From Alphaproteobacteria bacterium (GTDB taxonomy: Bacteria; Pseudomonadota; Alphaproteobacteria; SMXQ01): a stretch of DNA of 43,176 bases. The stretch lies in the NCBI GenBank assembly GCA_964229575.1, contig CAXRES010000131.1, forward strand, positions 1-43,176. Direction: 5' to 3'. Under the pieces are notes generated by a model. That model saw only the letters and a program-made list of their open reading frames with translations, made no database searches and had not been told where the DNA came from. The position numbers and the translations under genes were made by a program. Of the stretch, positions 1-9,063 are shown piece after piece; the stretch's first letter is position 1; each line of letters opens with the position of its first letter.

Positions 1-503
1 AAGGGCAGTTCTTCGTAATCGATCCGCAGCGCCTCCGCCGCATCCTCGGCCTGGTCGCGCGTTTCGGCGACGATCATGGCGACGGCTTCGCCGACGTGGC
101 GCGCGCGGTCGGCGGGCAGCAGGTAATGCGGTCCGACGAACGCGTTGCGCGTGCCGTCGGGCGCCAGCAGCTTCATGTCGTACTTGGTCGACGGCAGCGG
201 TTCGTGCGGAATGGCGCCGATGTTTTCCGCGATCACGTCCCTGCCGGTGAATACGCCGAGCACGCCGGGCATCCCGGCGACGCTGTCCTTGTGGATGGCG
301 ACAATGCGCGCGTGCGGGTAGGGCGAGCGCGCCATCACCGCGTAAGTCTGGCCGGGCAGCGAGAAATCGTCGGAGAACCGGCCCTTGCCGGTAAGCAGCC
401 GCTCGTCTTCCTTGCGCCGGATCGGCTGGCCTATGGCGCGGAAGCCTTCCTCGTCGGGACTATCGAGTTCGGTCGCGAGGCTCGCGTGGGCGTCCTTGGG
501 CAT
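1..503 (-). CDS. Xanthine dehydrogenase/CoxL-family molybdopterin-binding large subunit (5' part, runs off window)
   Basis: Manual translation from ATG at 503: MPKDAHASLATELDSPDEEGFRAIGQPIRRKEDERLLTGKGRFSDD...ARSPYPHARI...RARHVGEAVAMIVAETRDQAEDAAE, the typical N-terminal hammerhead region of molybdo-hydroxylases. Confidence 0.9.
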   Translation of the reverse strand, partial: MPKDAHASLATELDSPDEEGFRAIGQPIRRKEDERLLTGKGRFSDDFSLPGQTYAVMARSPYPHARIVAIHKDSVAGMPGVLGVFTGRDVIAENIGAIPHEPLPSTKYDMKLLAPDGTRNAFVGPHYLLPADRARHVGEAVAMIVAETRDQAEDAAEALRIDYEELP

Positions 504-564
504 CGGGGGCCTGTCTGAAAAAATGCCGGTGGTGGTTGCTGCGCCGGTCCGAAAGGTGGACTCG

Positions 565-600
565 TTTTTTAGTAATACATTATGATCGTCATATACAACC
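565..600. promoter_or_regulatory. AT-rich divergent promoter region with a possible operator (TATGA-N3-TCATA at 581-593; GT..AC GntR-like half sites)
   Basis: AT-rich island TTTTTAGTAATACATTATGATCGTCATATACAA between divergent starts at 503 and 629. Confidence 0.4.
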
Positions 601-628
601 GCTTTGAACACTCGCGCACGGAGAAAAC

Positions 629-2395
629 ATGCCCGATCACGGCCCCGAACCCAGGAACGCAAACAAGATCTGGGGATCCGACGTGATCGCCCAGGCGCTT
701 CGGGAACAAAACGTGCCCTACGTCTGCCTCAACCCCGGCGCCAGCTATCGCGGCCTGCACGACAGCCTGGTCAATTTCCTCGGCAACAAGACGCCGCAGA
801 TGATCGTCTGCATGCATGAAGAACACGCCGTCGCCATGGCCCACGGCTGGGCGACGGTGACCGGCAAGCCGATCGCAGCCATCGTTCATTCCAACGTCGG
901 CCTGATGCACGCCAGCATGGCCGTGTTCAACGCCTGGTGCAACCGGATGCCGGTCGTCCTGCTCGGCGCCACCGGGCCGGTCGACGCCATGAAACGCCGG
1001 CCGTGGATCGACTGGATCCATACCTGCGCCGATCAGGGGGCGCTGGTGCGCGGCTATACCAAGTGGGATGACCAGCCGGGCTCGCCCGCGGCCGCGGTCG
1101 AATCGATCCGCCGCGCCTTCGCCATCGCGCGCGCCCGTCCGCAGGGGCCCTGTTACATCAACCTCGACGCGGCGATCCAGGAAATGGAAATGGAGGAGTG
1201 GCCGAAGCTCGAAGACGTTTCGCGCTACCAGCCCGCCGCAGACAACGAACCCCCGCGCAGCGCCGTCGATCAGGCGGTGGCCGCGCTCGCCGGGGCGAAG
1301 AACCCGCTGATCCTGTCGGGGCGCGTGACGCGCTTGCAGGCGGGCTGGGACAAGCGCGTGGAACTGGCCGAATGGATCGGGGCGCGCGTGCTCACCAGCC
1401 TGAAAGACGCGGCGAGCTTCCCGACATCGCACCCGCTTTATGCCGGGGAAACCGGCTGGAAGCTGCGCCCCTCGCTGGTCGAACTGGTGAAGAAGGCCGA
1501 CGTCGTGCTCAGCCTCGACTGGGTCGATCCGGCCGGCACCATACAGCAGGCTTTCCCGCCCGGTTCGGGCAAGGGCCCCGTGGTGATCAACGTCAGCAAC
1601 GATTACCGCATCCATAACGGCTGGAGTATGGATTACGAAATCATGCCCGCCGTCGACGTATGGATGGCGACGGTGCCGGAAACGGCGGTCGACAGCCTGC
1701 TCGAAGGGCTGGCGCGGGCCGGGGTGGCGAGGAAGCCGAAGCCCGCCCCGCGTCCCCTGCCGAAAATTCCCGAACCCGACGCCAGGTCCGGCCCGGTCAA
1801 CATCAACGATCTGGCGCGCGTGTTCGGCGCGGTCGTGCAGGGCGAGCCGGTCAGCATCCTGTCGCGCTCGCTCGGCTGGCCGCCCAACGCCAACTTCATC
1901 GAAGGGCCGCTCGACTTTCTCGGCTCGAACGGCGGCGGCGGCGTCGGTTCCGGTCCCGGCATGGCGATCGGCGCGGCGCTCGCGCTGCGCGACACGGCGC
2001 CGGGCCGCATTCCGGTCGCGGTCCTGGGCGACGGCGATTTCATGATGGGATCGAACGCGCTGTGGACGGCAGCCAACCAGAAGATTCCGCTGCTGCTGGT
2101 GGTCGCTAACAACCGCTCCTACTACAACGACGAAGAACACCAGAAGCACATCGCCCATCATCGCGGCCGGCCGGAGGAGAACGCGCCGATCGGCCAGCGC
2201 ATGGAGGGCCCCGATGCCGATCTCGTCGGCATCGCGCGCGCTCAGGGCTGGGACGGCGAGCGGGTCGACGACATCGCCGCGGTGGCCGCTGCGCTCGGTC
2301 GCGCCCTTGCGGCGGTCAGGGCGGGCAAGTGCTTCGTGCTCGACGTCCGCGTCGCGCCCGAATATGTGCGCCGCCCCATGGTGGAATACCTGTAA
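629..2395 (+). CDS. Thiamine pyrophosphate-dependent enzyme (benzoylformate decarboxylase/acetolactate synthase superfamily)
   Basis: NPGASYRGLHDS, catalytic HEE-x-A-V-A-M-A-H-G, TPP-binding GDGDFMMG...NN motif; GGAG RBS. Confidence 0.92.
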   Translation: MPDHGPEPRNANKIWGSDVIAQALREQNVPYVCLNPGASYRGLHDSLVNFLGNKTPQMIVCMHEEHAVAMAHGWATVTGKPIAAIVHSNVGLMHASMAVFNAWCNRMPVVLLGATGPVDAMKRRPWIDWIHTCADQGALVRGYTKWDDQPGSPAAAVESIRRAFAIARARPQGPCYINLDAAIQEMEMEEWPKLEDVSRYQPAADNEPPRSAVDQAVAALAGAKNPLILSGRVTRLQAGWDKRVELAEWIGARVLTSLKDAASFPTSHPLYAGETGWKLRPSLVELVKKADVVLSLDWVDPAGTIQQAFPPGSGKGPVVINVSNDYRIHNGWSMDYEIMPAVDVWMATVPETAVDSLLEGLARAGVARKPKPAPRPLPKIPEPDARSGPVNINDLARVFGAVVQGEPVSILSRSLGWPPNANFIEGPLDFLGSNGGGGVGSGPGMAIGAALALRDTAPGRIPVAVLGDGDFMMGSNALWTAANQKIPLLLVVANNRSYYNDEEHQKHIAHHRGRPEENAPIGQRMEGPDADLVGIARAQGWDGERVDDIAAVAAALGRALAAVRAGKCFVLDVRVAPEYVRRPMVEYL

Positions 2396-2402
2396 GATGC
2401 CG

Positions 2403-2441
2403 GGCCCCGGGCTCGTCCCGGGGCCTTTCCCCACTCTTTTT
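2403..2441 (+). terminator. Probable intrinsic terminator or stabilising hairpin after the TPP gene
   Basis: GGCCCCGGG-CTCGT-CCCGGGGCC stem followed by TTT...CTTTTT. Confidence 0.5.
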
Positions 2442-2460
2442 CGCGCCGGAGCATAGCGAC

Positions 2461-4194
2461 ATGGCCAAGAGAGCCGCGCTCGACAAGACCAGGACGGCAA
2501 AGCGCCGCAAACCGCCCGCGGGCGTGCAGCCCGTCATGTCCAAAGCGGGCAAGCCGCCCGCGATGCCGAAACGCGGCTACCGCGACCTGCAGGAACACAT
2601 CGCCGCGCTCGATGCGGCGGGGCTGCTCGTGACCATCGACGCGCCGGTCAACAAGGATACCGAACTTCATCCGCTGGTGCGCTGGCAGTTCCGGGGCGGC
2701 CTCAAGGAATCCGAACGCAAGGCGTTCCTTTTCACCAACGTCACCGATGCGCGGGGACGCAGGTTCGACATGCCCGTGGTGGTCGGCGCGCTCGCCGCCA
2801 ACCAGGACATCTACGCCATCGGCATGAATGCCCCCGTCGCGGAAATCGGCGCGCGCTGGGAACGCGGCATGACGAAGCCGATCAAGCCGAAGATCGTCAA
2901 GACCGCGCCTTGCCAGGAAATCGTGTGGACGGGCAAGGACCTGATGGGGGAGGGCAAGGGCCTCGACGCCCTGCCGGTGCCGATCTCTACGCCCGGCTTC
3001 GACGCCGCACCCTATTTCACCGCGACCAACGTGGTGACGGTGGATCCGGAGACCGGCGTGCAGAACATGGGCACCTACCGCGCCGGGCTCAAGGCGACCA
3101 ACCGGCTCGCCGTGCGCATGGCGAGCCGCGAAGGCGGCGCGGGCGGGTACCTGCACTGGCTCAAGTACCAGAAGAAGGGCGCCAAGACGATGCCCTGCGC
3201 CATCGTCGTCGGCGCGCCGCCCATCGTCGCGTACCTCGGCCCGCAGAAGCTCGGTACGCACCTCGATGAAGCCGATGTCGCGGGCGGCATCGCAGGCGCG
3301 CCCATCAACATGGTCAAGTGCAGGACCAGCGACCTTCTGGTTCCGGCCGAGGCCGAAATGGTGATCGAGGGCCTGGTCGACACGACCTATCTGGAGCCGG
3401 AGGCGCCGTTCGGCGAATCGCACGGCCATATCGCGCTCGAAGACTTCAACATGATCTTCGACGTCAAGGCGATCACGATGAAAAAGAAGCCGGTGCTGGC
3501 TTCGATCATCTCGCAGGTGACGCCGAGCGAATCGAGCGTCATCAAGCGCGTCGCCTACGAGCCGATGTTCCTCGCCCATCTGCGCGACCAGCTGGGTCTG
3601 CGCGGCGTCAGGCGCGTGGCGCTGCACGAGCCGCTCACCAACATCCGCAAGGTGATCTTCCTGGTCATGGACCGCGCCACTTCGCATTCCGAGGTCTGGC
3701 GCGCGCTCTACGGTGCCGCCGTGCTGCGCGCCGATTGCGGCAAGTACGTCATCGCGGTCAACGAGGACATCGATCCCGACGACGGCGACGCGGTATTCTG
3801 GGCCATGGCCTATCGCGCCAATATCCTGACCGACGTGGAAGTGCTCCATCACCGCCCGCGCGGCCACGGCCCGAAGTCGGGCAACGTGAACGAGGACGGC
3901 ACGCTGCTGATCGACGCGACGCTCAAGGGCGACATGCCGCCGCTCGCGCTGCCGAAGAAGGAATACATGGAAGGTGCGCGCACGCTGTGGGACAGGCTTG
4001 GCCTGCCCGCGCTCAAGCCGCAGACGCCCTGGCACGGCTACGACCTCGGCGACTGGTTCGAGGCATGGGACCGTGCAGCCGAACGCGCGGTCAGGGGCGA
4101 TTACGCCGAAAACGGCCGGCGCACGGCGCAGCGCCGGGCGTCCGGCATCATCCCGGAAACCCCCTGCCGCGAGGTCGAGGGCGATCCGAAGTAG
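2461..4194 (+). CDS. UbiD family (prFMN-dependent) decarboxylase
   Basis: YRDLQEHIAAL, FLFTNV, NMGTYR, VPAEAEMVIEG, EAPFGE catalytic motif, VNEDIDP, IDAT; start could be 2461 or a downstream Met (MSKAGK or MPKRGY). Confidence 0.92.
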   Translation: MAKRAALDKTRTAKRRKPPAGVQPVMSKAGKPPAMPKRGYRDLQEHIAALDAAGLLVTIDAPVNKDTELHPLVRWQFRGGLKESERKAFLFTNVTDARGRRFDMPVVVGALAANQDIYAIGMNAPVAEIGARWERGMTKPIKPKIVKTAPCQEIVWTGKDLMGEGKGLDALPVPISTPGFDAAPYFTATNVVTVDPETGVQNMGTYRAGLKATNRLAVRMASREGGAGGYLHWLKYQKKGAKTMPCAIVVGAPPIVAYLGPQKLGTHLDEADVAGGIAGAPINMVKCRTSDLLVPAEAEMVIEGLVDTTYLEPEAPFGESHGHIALEDFNMIFDVKAITMKKKPVLASIISQVTPSESSVIKRVAYEPMFLAHLRDQLGLRGVRRVALHEPLTNIRKVIFLVMDRATSHSEVWRALYGAAVLRADCGKYVIAVNEDIDPDDGDAVFWAMAYRANILTDVEVLHHRPRGHGPKSGNVNEDGTLLIDATLKGDMPPLALPKKEYMEGARTLWDRLGLPALKPQTPWHGYDLGDWFEAWDRAAERAVRGDYAENGRRTAQRRASGIIPETPCREVEGDPK

Positions 4195-4243
4195 TCTTCG
4201 CGGATCGGTCTTTCGCCGTCCCCGCCGACGCCGCCTGCGCCGA

Positions 4244-4984
4244 TCAGCTCCAGCCGCGCGTCCAGCGTTCGCCCTTGGCGATGCGGTGCCTGTAATAGAG
4301 CCATTCGTTGGAATAGCCGCCGCGGCTCCTGCGGTAGGATTCGGCGGCGTTCCCCGTCAGCAGTTCGCGGCTGCCGATCATCTCGGCGACGAACTCCGGG
4401 TCCGGGCCGCCGTAGCCCAGCTTGCGCGCCAGCCCCATGATCTTCGCCGTGCGCTCGGCATAGACGTTGTTGAAGCACGCCTCGTCGATGCTGCGCCCGA
4501 TGCTGACCACGCCGTGACCGCGGATGATGACCGCCTTGGCGTCGCCGAGCGCCCGGGCCAGCGCCCGGCCTTCCTCCCGGTCCTTGATGTGGATGGGCCG
4601 CGGATAGACCGGCAGGGCCTGCGAAAACCTGGCGGACTGCATGTGGACCGGCCCGACATCGACGCCGGCGATGCTGAGCGCGATGCAGGCCGGCATATGG
4701 GTATGGGCGATGGCCTGAACGTCGGGGCGTGCGGCGAAGATTTCCGTGTACATCGGCCATTCCTGGGGCGGGCCGCCGGTGCCGCTCAACTTTTTCACGT
4801 TCCAGTCGAAATGCACGCGCCAGTCGGGCTCGTCCGCCGACGCGGGACGGAACGCCTTGCAGGCGACGCCCGAACCGTCGGGCAGGCGCGCGCCGACATG
4901 GCCGAAGATGTCGCCCGATGCCCATTCGAGGATGGTACAGGCGATGCCGAGGTCTTCCTCGATCCGGGCGACGGAATCGCTCAT
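4244..4984 (-). CDS. Class II aldolase/adducin family protein
   Basis: GHVGAR, E-W-P, AHTH, RGHG Zn motifs; ATG overlaps the Rieske stop (ATGA). Confidence 0.88.
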   Translation of the reverse strand: MSDSVARIEEDLGIACTILEWASGDIFGHVGARLPDGSGVACKAFRPASADEPDWRVHFDWNVKKLSGTGGPPQEWPMYTEIFAARPDVQAIAHTHMPACIALSIAGVDVGPVHMQSARFSQALPVYPRPIHIKDREEGRALARALGDAKAVIIRGHGVVSIGRSIDEACFNNVYAERTAKIMGLARKLGYGGPDPEFVAEMIGSRELLTGNAAESYRRSRGGYSNEWLYYRHRIAKGERWTRGWS

Positions 4985-6279
4985 CGGACGTGCGTTCCGG
5001 TTTCGCGGCGCATGTCGCCTTCGGGATCCCTGAACGGCGGCAACGGCGCGCCCGGCACGGCGCGCGGCGCCGACACGTGCGGCAGGAATTTTCGCCAGTC
5101 CTCGTCCCGGCCGATGGTGATCTGGCAGGTGTCGGCATGGGTGAAGACGTTGTCCTGCTCGCGCGTCACCACCTGCGGCGGCTCGACGCCCCTTTCCAGA
5201 TCGCGGATCGTCTTGACCATCAGGTTGCGCACGGCGACGATGCCGGCGTCGCTCTGGCCGAGATACTCGCGCGAGCGGTCGAAGCGCGGCCCCATGCTTT
5301 CGGTGACGGCAGAATCCTGGGCGAGAAACCCCTTCATGCCGGTGAAATTGTCGTGCTTCTGCATCTGGCGATCCTGCAGGTAGTCGTTCGCCATGTTGGG
5401 AATCTTGCGGAAATCGTCGTCGAGGAACTGCCCGCGGTCGTCGATGCTCGGCGTTTCCGAGACCGGATGGTCGAGCACGCCGAGATCGAACCGCCAGCTG
5501 TGCGTATCGTCGCAGGGCACATGCATGTGCAGTTCGCGGTTGCGCGCCGGCACCCAGCAGCCGTAGGGCAGGACGAAGGACGAAATGCGGACATAGAGCC
5601 GGTCGTCCTCGGTCACCCGCGTGGCGATCAGCCGGATGCCGAAATCCGTGCGTTCGTATGAATACTCCGGCTTGCGGCTGGTGAAGATCGTTCGCCCGGC
5701 GAGCGGCCCGCGCAGGGCGCGGTGCAGGAAGGACAGATGCGCCGAATCGCATTCGCCTTCCAGCCCCTGCAGGTAGTTGCACTCCTGAAAGGACTTGGTG
5801 ACGTACATGTGGTCGGCCGGGGCCGTGGCGAAGCGGTAGGCGGGGAACAGCGGCTTCTTTTCGGCCGGACCCATGTAGGTGAAGACGATGCCCGCCACTT
5901 CGTGAGTGGGATAGGCGACGGCGCGCGCGTCGCGGCAGATGACCGTGGGATCGGGCTCGGCCGGGGCGTCGGTGACGCGGCCTGCGGCGTTCATCAGCCA
6001 GCCATGATAGAGGCAGCGCAGGCCGCCATCCTCGTTGCGCCCGTAATAGAGCGAGGCGCCGCGGTGCGGGCAGTGCTCGCCGATCAATCCGACCTTGCCG
6101 TCGCGGTCGCGCCAGGCGACGAGGTTTTCGCCGAGCAGCCGCACGCGCACCGGCGGGCCCTCGCGCTCGGGCAGCTCGGCCGACAGGCAGGCCGGCACCC
6201 AGAAGCGGCGGAACATGTTGCCGCCGGGGGTTCCCGGTCCGGTCAGGGTGATCAGATCGTTGAGTTCGGACGAAAGCAT
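4981..6279 (-). CDS. Rieske non-heme iron oxygenase alpha subunit (phthalate 4,5-dioxygenase/LigX-like)
   Basis: CPH...CLYH Rieske motif, DSAHLSFLH and QD mononuclear Fe ligands, GPGTPGG-x-x-FRRFW N-terminus. Confidence 0.93.
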   Translation of the reverse strand: MLSSELNDLITLTGPGTPGGNMFRRFWVPACLSAELPEREGPPVRVRLLGENLVAWRDRDGKVGLIGEHCPHRGASLYYGRNEDGGLRCLYHGWLMNAAGRVTDAPAEPDPTVICRDARAVAYPTHEVAGIVFTYMGPAEKKPLFPAYRFATAPADHMYVTKSFQECNYLQGLEGECDSAHLSFLHRALRGPLAGRTIFTSRKPEYSYERTDFGIRLIATRVTEDDRLYVRISSFVLPYGCWVPARNRELHMHVPCDDTHSWRFDLGVLDHPVSETPSIDDRGQFLDDDFRKIPNMANDYLQDRQMQKHDNFTGMKGFLAQDSAVTESMGPRFDRSREYLGQSDAGIVAVRNLMVKTIRDLERGVEPPQVVTREQDNVFTHADTCQITIGRDEDWRKFLPHVSAPRAVPGAPLPPFRDPEGDMRRETGTHVR

Positions 6280-6320
6280 GGGCCACTCCCTCGGTCTTCA
6301 GCGTCCCTTTGGCGAAACCG

Positions 6321-6346
6321 CGCCTGCGGGGGCGTCCCCGCAGGCG
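6321..6346. other. 11-bp perfect GC stem-loop between sulfatase and Rieske gene (possible terminator or processing hairpin)
   Basis: CGCCTGCGGGG-GCGT-CCCCGCAGGCG. Confidence 0.45.
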
Positions 6347-6434
6347 GCGCTGTGGAATCATTCTAGCGGATCGCCCCGGCGCAGGCGTCAGGATTCGGCG
6401 CCTTGCGAAGCGTTTGCGGCGGCGGCAACCGCCC

Positions 6435-8033
6435 TCAGGCGCGCCCTGTCGGCAAGGGACTCGTGTCCTGCAACTGCGTCATGCGGGCGATCATTTCGGC
6501 CGTCAATCGGGCCGCGGCATCGCGCGCTTCGTTCCGGCTCCACAGGTTGTCGCTTTCGCCCGGATCGGCGGCGAGGTCGTAAAGCTCCCACCAGTCGGCT
6601 CCTCGGCCGCCCTGGGCCCGATGCAGGGTGAGGCGCCAGCCGTCCGTCAGCAGGGTGCGCACCCTTTCGCGGGCGCCTTCGCCGAACATCGGCAGCGAGC
6701 CTTCCTCTTCGATCAGAAGGGATGCGGGCGCCGGTGCGGTCGCATCGAACAGGTCGCGACCCTGCATGCCGTTGCAGGGCTGCAACCCCGCCCGCGCGAG
6801 GACCGTGGCGGCGATGTCGAGGGTATTGCCGAGATCCCGGCGCGACGTACCCGCCGCGGCGCTTGCCGGGTCGGCGACGATCAGCGGCACGCGGGTCAGG
6901 CTGCGGTAATGCAGCAGGTACTTGGTCATCAGCCCGTGATCGCCCATGTAATCGCCGTGGTCGGCGGTAAACAGGAATACCGTGTCTTCGCCCAGGCCGA
7001 GGTCTTCCACCAGCCGGACGATGCGGCCAAGCGCCTCGTCGATCATGGCGATCATGCCGTAGGTGAGCGCGATGATGGTCCGCGCCTCGTCTTCGGTCAC
7101 GGCAAAGGGCAGGGTCGGCAGATCGCGCACGGCCCTGCCCTCGGCGAGCGCCCGGCGCAGATGCGTGAGCGCCGGCAGATCGCCCGCCGAAAAGTTGGCG
7201 GGAAGCTCCACGTCGCGCGGGTCGTACATGTCCCAGAAGCGACCGGGCGGGGTGAACGGATGATGCGGGTCGGGGAACGAGACCTGAAGGAAGAAAGGCC
7301 GGTCGCCGCCCGCGGCCGCATGCGACTTCAGGAAATCGGCGGCCCGGTCCTCGACGTAAGCGGTCGGGTAAAGTTCTTCCGGCATCTTCGTGCGCCAGCA
7401 TTGCGGGCCCTTGCGCGTGGGATCGGGCAGGGCATTGGCGGGCCCCGCGAGCCGGTCGGGATCGGCGCCGCGCGCGGCCAGCCAGCGGCGGTAGTCACCG
7501 CCCGCCTGATCGCCGTGCCCGGTGCAGATGTCGGCACGGCCAAAGCCGTAGAAGGGCAGCGCAACCTTGTGATCTTCCGTGCGCCAGAGCATGTCGTTCT
7601 CGGCGTCGTAGGCGGGACCGCTCAGGCTGCGGCGCATCGCCTCGCGCAGGTCGGCGGGCGGCGGGGCGAAACCCGGTTTTTCCTCGAAGGAAAAATTGGG
7701 CGGCCGGCCGGTGAAGTTCTGCAGGTGCAATTTACCGGCGAGCGCCGTGGCGTAGCCCGCCGCTGCAAGGAGTTCGACGAACGTGACCTGATCGCGGGCA
7801 AGCGGAATGCCGTTGTGGCGCACGCCATGCAGCGACGGCATGCGGCCGGTCATCAGCGAGGCGCGGTTGGGCATGCACACGGGGCTTGCGACGTGGAAAT
7901 TGTCGAAACGCACGCCGCGCGCCGCCAGCCGATCGATGGCGGGCGTGTGCAGCAGGCGGTTGCCGTAGCAGCCGAGGTGATCGGCCCGGTGCTGATCGGT
8001 GATGAAAAGAACGAAATTGGGTCGTCTGGCCAT
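6435..8033 (-). CDS. Cys-type (formylglycine-dependent) sulfatase-like hydrolase
   Basis: RPNFVLFITDQHRAD, CMPNRASLMTGR (CxPxR), GKLH, DPHHP, ADHGD, ELYDL..DPGE; no signal peptide. Confidence 0.93.
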   Translation of the reverse strand: MARRPNFVLFITDQHRADHLGCYGNRLLHTPAIDRLAARGVRFDNFHVASPVCMPNRASLMTGRMPSLHGVRHNGIPLARDQVTFVELLAAAGYATALAGKLHLQNFTGRPPNFSFEEKPGFAPPPADLREAMRRSLSGPAYDAENDMLWRTEDHKVALPFYGFGRADICTGHGDQAGGDYRRWLAARGADPDRLAGPANALPDPTRKGPQCWRTKMPEELYPTAYVEDRAADFLKSHAAAGGDRPFFLQVSFPDPHHPFTPPGRFWDMYDPRDVELPANFSAGDLPALTHLRRALAEGRAVRDLPTLPFAVTEDEARTIIALTYGMIAMIDEALGRIVRLVEDLGLGEDTVFLFTADHGDYMGDHGLMTKYLLHYRSLTRVPLIVADPASAAAGTSRRDLGNTLDIAATVLARAGLQPCNGMQGRDLFDATAPAPASLLIEEEGSLPMFGEGARERVRTLLTDGWRLTLHRAQGGRGADWWELYDLAADPGESDNLWSRNEARDAAARLTAEMIARMTQLQDTSPLPTGRA

Positions 8034-8141
8034 GCGGCCCTTGCCTCTTTCCCTGTCCGGCCAGCATACCCCGCCCGTCCGTCGCGGCAAACGGGCGGAC
8101 CGAGGCTGCCGGGCCGGACAGGGCGCCGGCGCCTCGCTGCC

Positions 8142-8240
8142 GCAACCTGCGATCAGGTGGAATCATTTGATCGCAGATAAGTTGCTGGCTATCAATAAGA
8201 CGGCGCGTTGGCCTGTGCCCGTTGGGGCGCACGGCGCGCC
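8142..8240 (+). repeat. ~100-bp two-hairpin intergenic repeat, copy 1 (CIR/RIME/Bru-RS-like)
   Basis: GCAACCTGCGATCAGGTG-GAAT-CATTTGATCGCAGATAAGTTGC, then GGCGCGTTG..GTGCCC-GTTG-GGGCGC..GGCGCGCC; aligns by eye with 11031-11134 and 27200-27303. Confidence 0.8.
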
Positions 8241-8277
8241 GGCGTGAGCAGCGCACGAATTCCGCGAGGAGGCCGCG

Positions 8278-9054
8278 ATGGCCGAAATGAGCAACGCCCT
8301 GGCGGCGGACCTGGACGAACTGGCGCGCGCCTGCCGGGTGCTGGAACTGGAAGGCCACGGCGACCGCGTCGTCGGCCATATGGCCCTGCGCGATCCGGAC
8401 GGCCGGGGCCTGTGGATGAAGCGCGCCGGCATTGCGCTTGGCGAAGTGGTCGACCGGCGCGATTTCGTGCTTCTCGATTTCGACGGCCGGCAGCTCGCGG
8501 GGGACGGCAAGCCGCACGGCGAATGGCCGATCCATTCGGAAATCATGCGCCTGCGCCCCGAAATCGACGCCACGGCGCACACCCACCCGTTTTACGCCTC
8601 GATCCATTCGGCCGCCGAAGCGCCGCTCGCCACCATCGTACCGCGGGCAACGACCCAGCCCTTGCGCACGCCGCGCTTCGAGGACTCTTCCGGCCTCATC
8701 GGCACGCAGGACATGGCGCGCGAGATGGTCGCCGTCATGGGCAGGCACCACGCGGTGCTGTTGCGCAATCACGGGCTCGTCACCTGCGGGCCGACGATCA
8801 GGGATCCGGTCCTGATCGCCATCGCCGTCGAAAAGATGTGCCAGGAAAGCCTGATCATCAACGGCTCGAACCTGAAATTCACCACGCCGCCCGAAAGTGA
8901 GCTGGCGCACAAGCTCGAAGAAGGCACGCAACTGGATCCCGCCATCGTCGGCGGCGAGGTGCTTTACGATTACTACTGCCGCAAGCTGGCGCGCGCCGAA
9001 GCCGCGGGCAATCCGCTGTTTGCGCGCGAGCGAATTGCGCCGCGCCGGCGCTGA
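8278..9054 (+). CDS. Class II aldolase/adducin family protein
   Basis: GHMALR, EWPIH, AHTHP, RNHG; GAGGAGG RBS. Confidence 0.9.
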   Translation: MAEMSNALAADLDELARACRVLELEGHGDRVVGHMALRDPDGRGLWMKRAGIALGEVVDRRDFVLLDFDGRQLAGDGKPHGEWPIHSEIMRLRPEIDATAHTHPFYASIHSAAEAPLATIVPRATTQPLRTPRFEDSSGLIGTQDMAREMVAVMGRHHAVLLRNHGLVTCGPTIRDPVLIAIAVEKMCQESLIINGSNLKFTTPPESELAHKLEEGTQLDPAIVGGEVLYDYYCRKLARAEAAGNPLFARERIAPRRR

Positions 9055-9063
9055 AACCGGGGA

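Noticed and set aside
1-503. Calling the first gene a true CO dehydrogenase (coxL)
   Set aside because: The diagnostic active-site loop (AYxCSFR) lies outside the window, so only family-level assignment is possible
4244-6361. 705-aa ORF looking like a Rieske-aldolase fusion or frameshift
   Set aside because: The N-terminal part is an alternative frame of the intact Rieske gene; the aldolase starts at 4984 via an ATGA overlap
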